Assembly: GCA_001244265.2 (NCBI GenBank)
Contig: CDLV01000007.1
Location: forward strand, 1,674,001-1,738,000
Source of the DNA: Microbotryum violaceum
Lineage: Eukaryota
Direction: 5' to 3'
DNA: 64,000 nucleotides
A model generated the notes under the pieces. It had not been told where the DNA came from, searched no databases, and was given only the letters and a program-made list of their open reading frames with translations. This document shows positions 1 through 13,082 of the stretch, piece by piece. Position 1 is the first letter of the stretch. Every line of letters starts with the position of its first letter. The position numbers and the translations under genes are program-made.

Positions 1-130
1 CCGCCTTCTTCGCCCCGCAGTTTCACAAGCTTGTCCTTCCGCTCTTCCACCTCCCTCTCAATACCACGACAAAAGAAGGGCAGCTCCTATCCCTTACCCC
101 ATCGGATTATTCCCTCACCAAACACCGACG

Positions 131-1003
131 ATGAGCTCGGCAAGCTTGCACGCTCGCACCCCCTCGGAAGCGCGGCTGTTCAACCTGTGCTGGAAGGATC
201 TTCAGGAACGACGGTCGGGAACGTGCGGAACGAGCCGGTGTTCGAGCTCGGGATCCCCGTCGCAGTCACTTCACGAGTACGACAGCGACAGTGAGGAAGA
301 CCAAGACCCCGACTTCCCCATGTTGACCCCCTCGATCATTGAGGAAGAGGAGGACGCTTTTGTTCGAGCGGCGGCCAAGGCGCTGCAGCAGCTTCAGTCC
401 GGCGGAGTCGTCCCGGCAGGAGGCGCGCCACGAGCGATCTTGCGCCCGTCACTCAATTCGCAAAGCTTGTTCGGACCGGACTACAGTTTCGACTATGTGC
501 ACAAACACCACGACGTCGACTGGTGCTCGCAACAGGATTCGCCCCAAGCCTCGTCCTATACGAATGCATCGGCGTCGGACGGCGGATATTGGTCTCCGGC
601 TTCTCTGAGCTCTTCAGGATCGTCGTCGTCGGGCGGGTCGTACTCGTCCATCTCGTCGCGCGAAGGCGAAGACGGCGTCGATGACTACATTTTCTCCAAG
701 CCTTGCTCGGCCGAGTCTACAACTCCTTCGTCGGTCTCATCCTTGGCCGCTCGTCGAGGCCGACCAATGCGGATCAAGCTCCCACCTCGCCCGAACTCGT
801 TCGGTTCTATCTCGCCTCCGGATCCGGCCGCGGAGAGACCCGAAGCGACGCGCAACTTTAACTCTTTGCACCGCCCCGTCGGCGTCTCCAACAACTTTGC
901 TGGCATCTCGTTGCGTTGCGACAAGAACGAGTTCGAGTCCGACCTCGATCGACCGCTGCGATTCAAGAGTCGTTCGCCGAGCAAGCACGGTTTCGCCTTT
1001 TGA
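131..1003 (+). CDS. Ser-rich low-complexity hypothetical protein
   Basis: 290-aa open frame with host-like GC-rich codon usage; no recognisable domain; true start could lie upstream. Confidence 0.55.
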   Translation: MSSASLHARTPSEARLFNLCWKDLQERRSGTCGTSRCSSSGSPSQSLHEYDSDSEEDQDPDFPMLTPSIIEEEEDAFVRAAAKALQQLQSGGVVPAGGAPRAILRPSLNSQSLFGPDYSFDYVHKHHDVDWCSQQDSPQASSYTNASASDGGYWSPASLSSSGSSSSGGSYSSISSREGEDGVDDYIFSKPCSAESTTPSSVSSLAARRGRPMRIKLPPRPNSFGSISPPDPAAERPEATRNFNSLHRPVGVSNNFAGISLRCDKNEFESDLDRPLRFKSRSPSKHGFAF

Positions 1004-1490
1004 GCGGCGCCCGTCCAAGGCGAACCACCCTACGTTCTGCCGAATTCTGCCGCTGTACTAACCGTCTCCTCATATCTGTTGTTGTATTTCCTACCTTACT
1101 ATCACTAGCACCCTCGTTGCACTCGTTCAATCTTAGTGATATAATCCTAATGTCAAGCTACCGTCGGCGGTCGCTTGCTCATTTTTGAATCTGCTGCATG
1201 CTGCAGCCTGCCGCCGAGAAAGTCACGTGATTCGGGCGTGATCTCGCGAAAGGCTTTCTATACCTGAGATGAGTTCTTCTCTCAGAAAAGTATGCACAGT
1301 ATGCACAACACCCCGACCAAATCAGTATCCAGAAAGCGGTGCTCGCTCGGCCGAGCCGGATTGACGTGGCTGAGAACAACTCGCGATCACGCCTTCGACT
1401 TGTGACCCGCCCTCGGATCTCGGTGGGTGCGCCGCGCAGCTCTCCGTCATCCGTGCTCCACTCAGACTCGGCAAACTCCAAGCGGCCACC

Positions 1491-3285
1491 ATGTCGACCA
1501 AGATAAAGCTGAGGAACGTCGCTCGAGCTACGAGTGCTCGGCAAAGATCCATTCCAACGACCTCACGATTGTTCGGCAGTAGTAGCACCAGCCGAAGCAG
1601 CAGCGATGCGAGCGCATCAACTTCGACCTCGACTTCGACGTCTGGCTCGAACCCAGCCATGTCGTTCCCATGCGTCGACCAGAACGAGTCACGTACCCAG
1701 CTAATACTCGAACAACGTAAAAAAGCGCAAGCGCAAGCGCAAGCTTCGACATCCTCTGCCTCGTCCTCCGAGTCGAACGAGCTGTCGAACCTGCCTTCGC
1801 CGCCTCCATCATCATCGGTAAATGAGCCCGAGACTGGTCCCGAACCCGCCTATGCGAATGTCGTCACCGGTTACGAGCTGTACTACCATGACCAACCTTA
1901 CGCCCTCGACTATGGAGGTCATCTCCCCTCTTTTCACCTCGCATACGAAACTTGGGGCAAGCTCAACGCCGACAGATCCAATGCGGTCCTCGTCCACACG
2001 GGTTTGTCAGCATCCTCTCACGCTCACTCGACGGCGCAGAACCCGGCCGAAGGGTGGTGGGAGAAATTCATCGGACCGGGTAAAAGCATCGACACGGACA
2101 GATACTTTGTCATGTGCACCAACGTTCTCGGTGGTTGCTATGGCTCGACCGGACCGAGCTCGTTGGATCCGAGCGACGGCAAACCCTACGCGACCCGCTT
2201 CCCCATCTTGTCCGTCTTCGACATGGTCCGAGCGCAGTTCCATCTCTTGAGCTCGCTGGGGATTGAGAAACTGTATGCGAGCGTGGGAAGCTCGATGGGT
2301 GGTATGCAGAGTCTCGCGGCGGCGCATCTCGAACCGGAGCGGGTCGGAAAAGTCGTCAGTATCAGTGGCACAGCGCGGAGCAGTCCTTCGAGTATCGCCA
2401 TGAGGCATGCGCAGCGAAGTGGTACGTTCGGAGGATGTTACTGTGTGCGGTTTTTTTTTTACGCGACTGATGCGATCTTGTTTTGTGTTGACGCAGTTTT
2501 GATGGCCGACCCCAATTGGAAACGAGGCTTCTACTATGACGATCTACCCCCACACACGGGCATGAAACTCGCACGACGTCAGTTTAACCTCATCGAGTGT
2601 ACTCTCGCCTGGTCCCAGTACTGAAGCAACCACATGGATTATCCCCACAGAGATCGCCACCATCACCTACCGGTCCGGCCCCGAATGGGAACAACGCTTC
2701 GGACGCCGACGTCGCGACATCTCGTCCCCGTCGTCCAGCTCAGCCTCCCCACCCGTCCTTTGCCCCGATTTCCTGATCGAGACCTACCTCGATCACCAAG
2801 GCGAGCAATTCTGCCTCAAATATGACGCCAATTCGCTCATCTACATCTCCAAAGCCATGGACTTGTTCTCCATGTCCCGTGAATCGTTGGATGATTTGAC
2901 GGCGCGAAGGAGTAATCCCGAACAAGTGGGGGCGAGTTCATGCCCGCTCCCCACAAGTTCGACACCAGGGACGGGAAGAAAGTCGTCCAAATTCAAACCT
3001 TCCACAAAATGCTTCATTTCCTCCCTCCCCTTTTCGCACGCCTACCTCCCCTCCCTAACAGCCGGCCTTTCCCGCATAACCCATCCGACACTCATCATGG
3101 GCGTTCAATCCGATACGCTCTTTCCTATCGAACAACAGCGTGAATTGGCGGAATGCTTGAAGGCGAATGGGAACGAAAAAGTGGTGTATTACGAGTTGAA
3201 TCAGCCCTGGGGGCATGATACATTCTTGTTGGATGTGAGTAATGTTGGAGGAGCGATCAAGGGGTTCTTGGAGGGGAGCGAATGA
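1491..3285 (+). CDS. MetX-family acyltransferase, Cys2-type serine O-succinyl/acetyltransferase (homoserine O-acetyltransferase-like), 3 exons
   Basis: Motifs [30 protein letters not shown] (nucleophile), KYDANS and [12 protein letters not shown] introns 2422-2496 and 2578-2650 join the frames. The Arg/Ser-rich N-terminus resembles a mitochondrial presequence. Confidence 0.9.
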
Positions 3286-3491
3286 GTGGGGGTTCATTGG
3301 GGGCCGGAGGTTTAGGTTGTTTAGTAGGATGGTGGTTGTTGTTGAAAATGACAATGATGATATAAGAAATTTCGCCGAAACGCACGAGAGGCCAAACACG
3401 GGAGAAATAGCTACACGACAACGATAATCTGAAACCAAGATCCGGGAAAAAAATCCGGAAGCCAACACACTCAAGTACACCGAACCGTTCT

Positions 3492-5444
3492 TCAGACCTC
3501 CTGTCGAAACAAACCTTGCTGCGAGCTACTCGTCGAAGGAACATGCACGAAACTACCCATCCCTGCATCATCGTGCATCGAAGAAGAGAGCAAGTCCTCC
3601 GTCCCCGATTCCTCGGACGAAGCGGTTGATGCAGCTCGGGAGCTCGTGGCGGGGGTCGAGGTTGACTTTTCCCTTGATGCACCTCCGGGCCGAAGAGAAG
3701 GGGGGTTCTGATGACCCTGACCGGATGCGGATGTGTGTGTGGAAATCGTAGGCGTTGGTGGGAGAGGAGGTCGTTGGCGATGATGACTTGTCGCCGATGC
3801 ATACGAAGGAGGAACAGAACCTCCTGGCCCACCCCGCAACCTCGTCGACGTCGCAACCGATGAGCTCGACCCGCCGATCCTCCTCGAGAAGTACATCATA
3901 TAAAGCCAATTCTGCATCCTCAAGAACGAATCCATCACCCAATGGGGGTACCAATTCGTCGCCACTCGATGGGTCCACGCGCCTGCTCCTACGCACGAAG
4001 GGGTCCAAAGTGAAGATACCGCAGAACGGGTGAGGATGTGGAATACACGCGAATGGAGTCGTTTAGCGAAGGTTCCTTTGCGGTGATGAGTCGTGAGGAC
4101 GGTCGAGTGGGTCGAGAGTGAGGTCGAGTAGAGGGATGAGATGCGCGTCGAGAGGTTCTCGGCGGTCTTTTTCGTCGATGTTAGTAAGGCTTGGACGTCG
4201 AATAGGCCGAGGGAGAGGGACTTGACACGGATGTTGGAGGGGGAGGAGGTTGCGTGCAGTTCTCGGCGGAGCGAGGTAAGGAGTGAAGAGATGGCCGCGT
4301 CCGAGGCCGAGGCGAGTGAGTCGAAGGGGAGGGAAAGAGGGGACGTCGAGGGTGCTATGGATGGTCAGAGTTTAGAGTCAGTTTCACGAATGCCTGTATA
4401 GGTTCTGAGCTGGACCGACGAACCCAAATGAAGAAAAACCCCGCGGGGAGCCTCTGGGCGGTTCGCTGCCGAGCGCAGGATTGGCACGACGCCTCGGACG
4501 ATGCCGCTAAAAGTCGCAATCTTCTCGCCGACGTACCGCCGCACCGTATCGGTATCCATGGCCTCGACAGGGGTCAGGTCGTTCTTGTCGGCGTCGATGG
4601 AGAGGGCGTTGATGCACGCCGAAAGGACGAGCGCATACGCGGGTCGGGCGAATGGATCCCCAGCGGACCTGAGGGGAAAACGAAGTGACAAGGCGGTAGC
4701 GAGGGATCGCAAGAAAGGTGCGACCGAAGTGGCATCGTTGCCATCGAGGACGAGGACCTTGAGCCAGCCTCGTGAGCGCTTTTCGAGCGCATCGACGGCG
4801 TTGGGGTTGGAAACGGTCGCGATGACTACGAAACCCCGCGCTTCGAGGTCGAGGGCGAGGTCGGCAAAGAGAGGCGAGTCGCAGCCGAGGACGAGGACGG
4901 CTTCCTTGCGTATCTCGATGTGGCCATGCTGGAGCAACCTCGCCGGACGCACGGGGCCGCCTCCAGCACGCTTGACCAATGAGCGCGGCGATAAGCTCGC
5001 GAGATCGACGGGGAGACGCGAGGTCACCGGTCGCAATACGCGTGAGGTCGCGGCTGGGTAGAGGTAGTGGGCCGTACCAAGTCCACCGGATGTGACAACG
5101 AACGCGACGAGGTAAGGGTGACGGCCGAGGAACGCGATAGGCGACGACGACGCAGGTGGGGCCGCGGCCACGGTCGGCGCGGTCGAGGCCGCCGATGGCG
5201 GAGAGGAGTCGTAAGCCCACGCGACGGGGGTCTCGGTCCAGAACGAAGGCAGCACCGACAGTGTGCCGTTGTTGGTCAGTCGGTTGTAGATCTCGTTGAG
5301 CGAATCGTGGATCTCGCTCGGCAGGGCGTTCAGTTGCGGGGACATGGTCGAGAGCGCGTTCCATGCCGAAGCGAACGCTTGCTCAGCCTGGTCGAGGAAC
5401 TGCGCGAGCCCGTCCTCGTCGGGAGATGCCGAGGTGTTGGACAT
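3492..5444 (-). CDS. DUF1776-family fungal protein (SDR-like fold with N-terminal TM segment), 2 exons
   Basis: KEAVLVLGCDSPLFADLALDLEARGFVVIATV segment is typical of DUF1776. ATG at 5444; intron 4355-4423 (GTTCGT...CATAG) links to the downstream frame ending at 3492. Confidence 0.75.
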
Positions 5445-5701
5445 GGTTGGTCGCACTTGCGGTCTACGATGGGCGACGACTGCGGAGTGTTGCAGTGTTT
5501 GGCGTCCGGGCAAGCCAAGAGCTGCCAAGAGGAATGCAAGAGACGGAGCACTAGTCACACGCCCGCCGCCCCTTTCCTCGAGCTTCCTCGAATTCCTTAT
5601 TATGACTTGACTTCTCCTCTGTTCATGGAATAGTAAAGTACAAAATAGTACAAAGGAGGATCCTTTCATGCACTTAAGGATAGAATATATATTAGATATA
5701 A

Positions 5702-6319
5702 ATGAATAACTTTCTACTAGATTTGTTAGCTCTAGGAGCTATTTTGTCAGGTATTATGGTTATTACAGCTAAAAACCCTGTTATTTCTGTACTATTCTTA
5801 ATTGCTGTATTCATTAATGTCGCAGGCTACTTAGTTTTACTAGGTGTAGCCTATTTAGGACTTGTATATTTGATTGTTTACGTTGGTGCAATCGCTATCC
5901 TGTTCTTATTTGTAATTATGATGCTTAACTTACGACTAGTTGAACTAGTTGACACTGGTCAAGAGTATACTAAAGTTTACCTATGAGTGCTTTTTTAGCT
6001 TCGCTTATTTTCTTTGAATTATTATCAATTTTACCAGCAAGGTGGATCTGGTGGTAAATACTTATTTAATGTGTTAAATAAAAGCCTACTAGGTCTTTCT
6101 TCTAATACTGATTTGTTAAATTCAGAAGGAGTTAATAATGCATTCAATCCTAATATTGCTGACAGTACATTGACAACATTTACACAAATTGAAAGTATCG
6201 GTCAAGGTTTGTATACATGTGCATCCTTATGATTAGTTGTAGCTAGTGTCATTTTCTTACTAGCTATGGTTGGACCTATTGTGTTATGTATGACACCTTT
6301 CGGTAAAGACAAAGTATAA
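5702..6319 (+). pseudogene. nad6: Mitochondrial NADH dehydrogenase subunit 6 copy in NUMT, two compensating frameshifts
   Basis: NPVISVLFLI...YVGAIAILFLFVIMML...QIESIGQGLYT.ASLWLVVASVIFLLAMVGPI, with TGA=Trp at 6230. The LPMSAFLASLIFFELLS segment (~5975-6040) is in a shifted frame. TAA at 6317-6319. Confidence 0.9.
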
Positions 6320-6469
6320 TGCAGACCTCATTTTCCTCCCCCTTTTTAGGTCTAAATATTTTTACCATAGCAAAGTTATAGTCGATAAAGAAACTAAAAA
6401 GGAGCTGGTGAAAATAAGCGAGAGAAAAACTAAAAAGAAAAAAAATCGAAGATGAAAAAGTACAATGAA

Positions 6470-6731
6470 GGTTCAACGACTAAGAAGTGAGATATACTTT
6501 TAAGTCCTGATATATAAAAATAAAAAAGGACATAAAGGCTACAATAACCTTCACTTTCTCTTTCCCTTTCTCTTTCCAAGAGAAAGGGAACAAACATAGT
6601 TGAGAGAGAGTGCCCAACGTTCATACAAACCTATGAATGATGACATAGTCTGAACTTAATAGTAATATTAAGGTGTTAATTTTGCCCAGGTTTCTTTTTC
6701 GTTTTTGTCTAATAAAAAAAGACAAAAATAG

Positions 6732-6770
<39 letters not shown>

Positions 6771-6789
6771 GGGCATCTAACATCTATTG
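6470..6789 (+). other. 3' portion of a mitochondrial group I intron
   Basis: R-like GTTCAACGACTA (~6471) and S-like GATGACATAGTCTG (~6638) can form P7. Terminal G at 6789 immediately precedes the nad3 coding sequence. Confidence 0.7.
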
Positions 6790-7088
6790 TTAATCCTATT
6801 TACGGTCAAGTTAGAGCACCTTTCGCTATTCAATACTATTCAGTAGGTATTCTATCCTTAATTTTTGATCTAGAAATTGCTGTACTGTATCCTTTAGCTG
6901 TAACATTATATCAGGTTACTAGTTTTGGTTTCTGAGTAGCAATGAATTTTTTAGTCTTTTTAACAGTCGGTTTTGTTTATGAGTACCAGAAAGGTGCACT
7001 TAAATTTACGGACAATAGATCAGCTATTGTAAGATCAAGCCTAGGCCTCCCCTTTTTACCAGCAGGTAAAAACCTAGATGAAAAGTAG
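6790..7088 (+). pseudogene. nad3: Mitochondrial NADH dehydrogenase subunit 3, 3' exon only, in NUMT
   Basis: (F)NPIYGQVRAPFAIQYYSVGILSLIFDLEIAVLYPLAV...GFW(TGA)VA...LTVGFVYEYQKGALKF. Missed by the ORF track (no ATG, code 4). Confidence 0.88.
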
Positions 7089-7161
7089 GAACTTGGGCGC
7101 CTGCTTAATTTTTATTTTCAATCCCCCTTTACCTTTTACCTTTTTCGTCCCGGACAAAAAC

Positions 7162-7202
<41 letters not shown>

Positions 7203-7430
7203 GGAGCGCTTATTTTCCGAAAATAAAATAAAAACAGCCCAGCCACGCTCTTTTCTCGCCCGACTCTTTTTTTTTTCGCTGTTTTTGTCCTGCTTCTGCC
7301 AGGCCAAGCTGGACAAAAAAGACAAAAAAAAAAGGTAGAAGATGAAAAAGGGCGCTTGCAGAAAAAAAACTAAGGAAAAAAATAAAAAGCAGGAATAAAA
7401 AAGGGGCGAGGCGACAAAAATGGGCTGCGA

Positions 7431-7473
7431 GGATAAATGTCAGAGTGGTTTATTGTATTCACCTTGAAAGTGA
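7431..7473 (+). tRNA. trnS: Truncated mitochondrial tRNA-Ser(UGA), 5' half only
   Basis: GGATAAATGTCAGAGTGGTTTATTGTA-TTCAC-CTTGAAA-GTGA gives a D-arm and an anticodon arm with TGA; the sequence breaks off into GC-rich DNA after the anticodon stem. Confidence 0.7.
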
Positions 7474-7969
7474 CGGCACGTGACCCCGGTCGGTGGCCGT
7501 CTGCTGCTGTCTGAGGACCCCGAAAGCCCAGCCTGAGGCGCGTAGGTAAAAACCGCCAAAATCCCCGATTTTGGACTTCATTTGTCCACCAATTTTTGGA
7601 TTTTCCGGCCAAAAAGGTCCCCAAAAGATCCAGTTTATCTACGTGCGTCCAAAAATAGCTCTAGAATTGCTTCAAATGCTCTAAATCATCTTCAAAAATC
7701 GCGAAAACGCCGTCCGGACGTTTTTCGCCCGGACCGAATCGCCGGAGCCCGCGCGCGCGTCAGCCGCTTCAGTTCTGCTTCGCCGAGGGCTCCTCACCTG
7801 CACTTACTGCCTACCTCTTTGACTATGATTTAACGTGGCCATCGTATACATGTAACGTACAACGAGAGGTAAGATCGATTGCAGTCACTCTGCGAAGCAG
7901 TAAGCTAGCTACCGTGAGATGTACGAACCAAGTCCAATCGACAGTTGTTCTTCTCCTATGTTGCTGGCG

Positions 7970-9357
7970 TCACAACTGACAGGTATCATGCCTCATTTCA
8001 ATACAAAGCAGACAAGAGAGCCAATTTGCAAAGGTGTAGCTGACGTGACGTTTCCGTCGATCGACCCAAACGGTGGGATCTTGGCGAATGTCGTGTATTG
8101 CCTTGCTCGCAATGGCATCCGTATTTGGGCAAGAATGGACATTATTGATGAGCACTCTCTGGGCCATATGTGCAGAGCACAATTGCAGCTCACTTTCTTT
8201 ACGTCTGTCTTCGATGTACCCTATGTTTTCCGTCTCATTTGCGGTCGAAAAGCGAATGAAGGTCGCTTGTCCTGTCCAACGAATGGACCTCGCAACTCCT
8301 GACACGGCTTCGAGACGGGCTGCACCCATTGAATGCACTAAGCCTCGGAGGACACTGGAGTGCATTTCACCGTGCTTGGACAAATTTGCTTTTGATGTGG
8401 GATCGGAAACTTGGGAAGTCGAGGTAGTGGCGCCGTGCCTTCCCTTGAGTAGGACAGCTCTGAGATGGAAGCATTGATGTGCCCGGCGGTGCTGGATCAA
8501 GCTTTTCAGATCAAGCGCAAGCTGACGAGATTCGTGACGCAGCAGGGATGGGAGCCGAATAATCTGAGCCTGTGAAAGAATGCTGGTTCCATTTAGTGTT
8601 GCTACACGAAACCAATTGCTTAGATGAACCTACACGACCCGGCAAGCTTTCATTTGCTGTTACAATGACGTCGAGCAGGAAGCGTTCCTCTGCTTGAGCA
8701 TCGGCCTCGTCATAGGCCTGCTGAACGGCAAGCCTAGAATCGGAAGAGATGAGTAATCAGCTCAGAGGAGGCTGGTACAGGTCTCATGGCACTCAACTTA
8801 CGGTGCAGTATCATTGTTAAGGCCAAGAGCAGCTAAAGAGCGAACAGCGTTTTCAACCGACTTCCGCTCTTTCGGGTCCAGCACGACGAGACCTTTCTCC
8901 AAGCCACGTTGTCCCTAGGAAAAGCACGAAAAATAATCCCAATCAATCACGCTATCGAATAGACGAAGGCTTTGGCTGCTTCCCAACGAAATCGAGCCGC
9001 GTGTGCAAAGACGCGCTACACCTGAGGATCCTTGAGGGGGTATATTGCTTCTCTATGAGCAGTGGCGGCAGCACCTCCAGAGCCTTAACGATGAGAGGCT
9101 GACTTTCGATGTCGACACCTAGATAAATTTCCATCCACTTTTGGCTACTGATAACGATCGAACGCATGCGCTCGGCGTAATCTATATGCCGCCAGATCTT
9201 TCGACACCGAAAGGCAGCCGGTGCCCAGCGATAGCAATTGACCGGTAACCTTGCTTACGCGCCGCAGTAATTGCTCCACGATCCTTGAACTTGTCCCTCC
9301 AAGCATCGAGCGGCCTAGGAAGAGTATCAAAGTCGAGAGGCTCGTCTGTCGACCATG
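7970..9357 (-). pseudogene. Degenerate multi-exon cargo ORF of element A, unknown function
   Basis: Series of protein-like minus-strand segments (e.g. GLEKGLVVLDPKERKSVENAVRSLAALG; AVQQAYDEADAQAEERFLLDVIV) separated by intron-like gaps and frameshifts; no domain recognised. Confidence 0.4.
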
Positions 9358-10269
9358 AAAGCTGTATCTGGGTTATCCGGGCGTCTGCAGTGGGTTGTCG
9401 AAGCGGAAGGTGAGAAGCTCAAGACACCCTCACGTCCAAGAAGGGTGCCATTTGCTCGAAATCATCGTCAAGGAGCTCAATATCCGGATCGTCTAGATAC
9501 ATTTCGTCGAAGCTGGCGAAGCGAGAACGTAGGATAATGACGATGATGGCACAGACGACGCGACGCGGCGGGGGAGGCAAGAGACGGCGCACTCAAACGA
9601 GACGGCTCGTTCAACCAGCCAAGAGGCTTCTAATTGCAGAATCGAACCATTAGAGCCCTTGTTGTGAATTCGGTACAGGCCAGAGTGTTTCGCGCGCGCT
9701 CCGCACGTTCTTGAGGGTCGGTAAACTCTGGCGTACCAAGCCGAATGTGGCTGAAACGGGTCCAGAGTTGTCCACTGGCACCTACGGGCCTAGGACCCCA
9801 CCCGCACCGGCGCACCTGATTTGTCCACCCCCGACTACGCGCCTTCGCGATTTTGGCCCATCTGAGGCCACCTCTGGCTATATACATAAGCACGCTGAAA
9901 AGTGGCGCGCGCGGCGCGCCTTCGATCCTCGCTTCCGCGCGGCGTAGCCGACTAGGGCAACTTGCTAATGAGATTGACCTATTATTAGGGAGTACTTGTG
10001 CAATCGCCCACAGAGCTGTCTCTTCTAGCCTCCCCCGCTCAGCGCAAAATCAGACCCGCCTCAGTTCTAACACGAGCACCAACTATTGTAACACACAGTA
10101 ACACATTCTCGAATCAATCTACGACATTTGTATCAGACAATGGGCAGGCATAAATGGAATCGCTTCAAGTTCTGACCTGACAGGCTACTTCGAGGGACAT
10201 CCTGACTATAAGCCCCGAGGCCTTCGTTCGGACGCTCGAATCCGCACCAACATCCCCGGAACCCGGCAC

Positions 10270-11570
<1,301 letters not shown>

Positions 11571-11685
11571 GGCACCATGAGTGTCAATTCACCAGTTAGG
11601 CAATGACCGTCTCGAGTTTTCCGTGAGCGTGTGTAGCCATCTAGCTTGTATATTATGTCAATGGAGATCCTGCATTGCAAACATG

Positions 11686-12545
11686 GTTCACCCCGAGGGT
11701 ACAACGCACTCCGAAGGCGCAAATTCTTGTTCAATTTTTAACCTTAGGGCAGGGCGTAGATACACTACAACAGAGTCCCGCGCCTCCGGAAATGAGGAAG
11801 CGGTATGCGACGACATGCTTCATCAATTCTAGGACACTCTTAACAAGCACTGTACAACCGGCGTGGCGATGTGTACCCGCCGGAGGTACACACGACCGGT
11901 GCCCTCTCCAGCTGTGTACCCCTGGGGTTCCACGGCTCAGGCGCGGTCCGTTGCCGCCGACGGCCTTGCTGACTGCACTACAACAAACTTCCACGCCCCC
12001 GTTCAAAGCTCAGGATGTGTTTGGGGTTACGGAATGGAATAACCTCTTGCGACGAGACCGACGAAAAATTTGTTTGCTACATCCGACTTGCACTCTGAAG
12101 AGCCCGCAAGGCCAACGCACTTCCCTAGCTGAATTCTTCGTTCGAATCAGCCTCCGAGCAGAGCAGAGCGAAACTGCACTACAACGAACTTCCACGCACC
12201 CGCTCAAAGCCCAGGATGTGTCTGAAGTTACCGAAAGGATTCACCTCCCGCCGTTGGAGACTCGTATATGTTATTATACAGTGATCTGCCACCGGTGACC
12301 GAATTTGCACCCCGGGGGTACACAAGGCGCAAGCGGGAAAGCGCCTGTGTACTCCCGGGGGCACGCAGGACTGGTCCACTCTTCCGCTGTGTACTCCCGG
12401 TAATGATCACACCCCGCGCGCCGAATGACTGTGTACCCCGGGAGTATACAGCTTTGTCGGCGGCACAGGCCGGGTCCCTCGGGGTTACACTCTTGTACTC
12501 TTGTCGCGCGCCGACTCTGTGTATGTGTACCCCGGGAGTACGCAG
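11686..12545. repeat. Interspaced palindromic repeats, consensus TGTGTACYCCGGGRGTACACA, ~42-bp period
   Basis: Copies at ~11686, 11871, 11913, 12304, 12346, 12388, 12430, 12471 and 12524, with unrelated ~20-bp spacers. Confidence 0.85.
11972..12248 (+). repeat. ~75-bp degenerate direct repeat (two copies)
   Basis: ACTGCACTACAAC(A/G)AACTTCCACGC...CAGGATGTGT...ACCTC at ~11972-12046 and ~12173-12247. Confidence 0.85.
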
Positions 12546-13082
12546 CCCCTACAAGGTCCTTGGCCGATGGACCGATATCCCTGCTCACTCGACTACATAA
12601 ACTATCACGTCAACGGAGTAGGTATGCGGTGAAGTATTTCATTGATTTTTGCTGACATGTTATCACAAGCACTGTACAACGGAGCGCCGTTGGACGCGTC
12701 TGGACCCATGCTTTGGGGTGCTGTTGGAACAGAACAACTACAGCAACACCAATCCTCACCACCCCCCGCCCCCCTCTGGCAACGTTCCCAAACCTGAACC
12801 TGCAGATGTCAGCACCGATGCGCACCAAATTTTAGTCTTTAACTTAGCAGAACCTTCAAGCTTGTCACGTACTGCAGTTCGGTGAGTGTGGCGGTGGCGA
12901 CCGGCTCGTGGGATCGTGGTCGTCAACGCGTCAACGCCTGATTAAGGCTGACATTCATTTTACTTTTGTGCACTGGCGTACATTTCCACCATGTGCGATA
13001 TGGGCCGCATACAAAAAGCAAAGTCCTTCAATAACAAATAATCTACAGTCAACAAATGCGCCAAACCATCCCTAGCTAGCCC

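Larger units (their letters stand above)
5590..7473 (+). other. NUMT 1 (nuclear insertion of mitochondrial DNA)
   Basis: Abrupt switch to AT-rich DNA. Contains nad6, group I intron core motifs, a nad3 3' exon and a truncated tRNA, with TGA read as Trp. Left boundary approximate. Confidence 0.9.

Noticed and set aside
5702-7088. Functional nuclear-encoded nad6/nad3
   Set aside because: They need TGA=Trp, nad6 has frameshifts, nad3 lacks exon 1, and there is no targeting sequence.
7074-7338. Poly-Lys and poly-Phe ORFs
   Set aside because: Artefacts of A/T homopolymers in mitochondrial-derived non-coding DNA.
12304-12545. Calling the palindrome array a true CRISPR array
   Set aside because: Eukaryotic context, no cas genes, degenerate ~20-bp repeats and short spacers; kept as an unclassified array.
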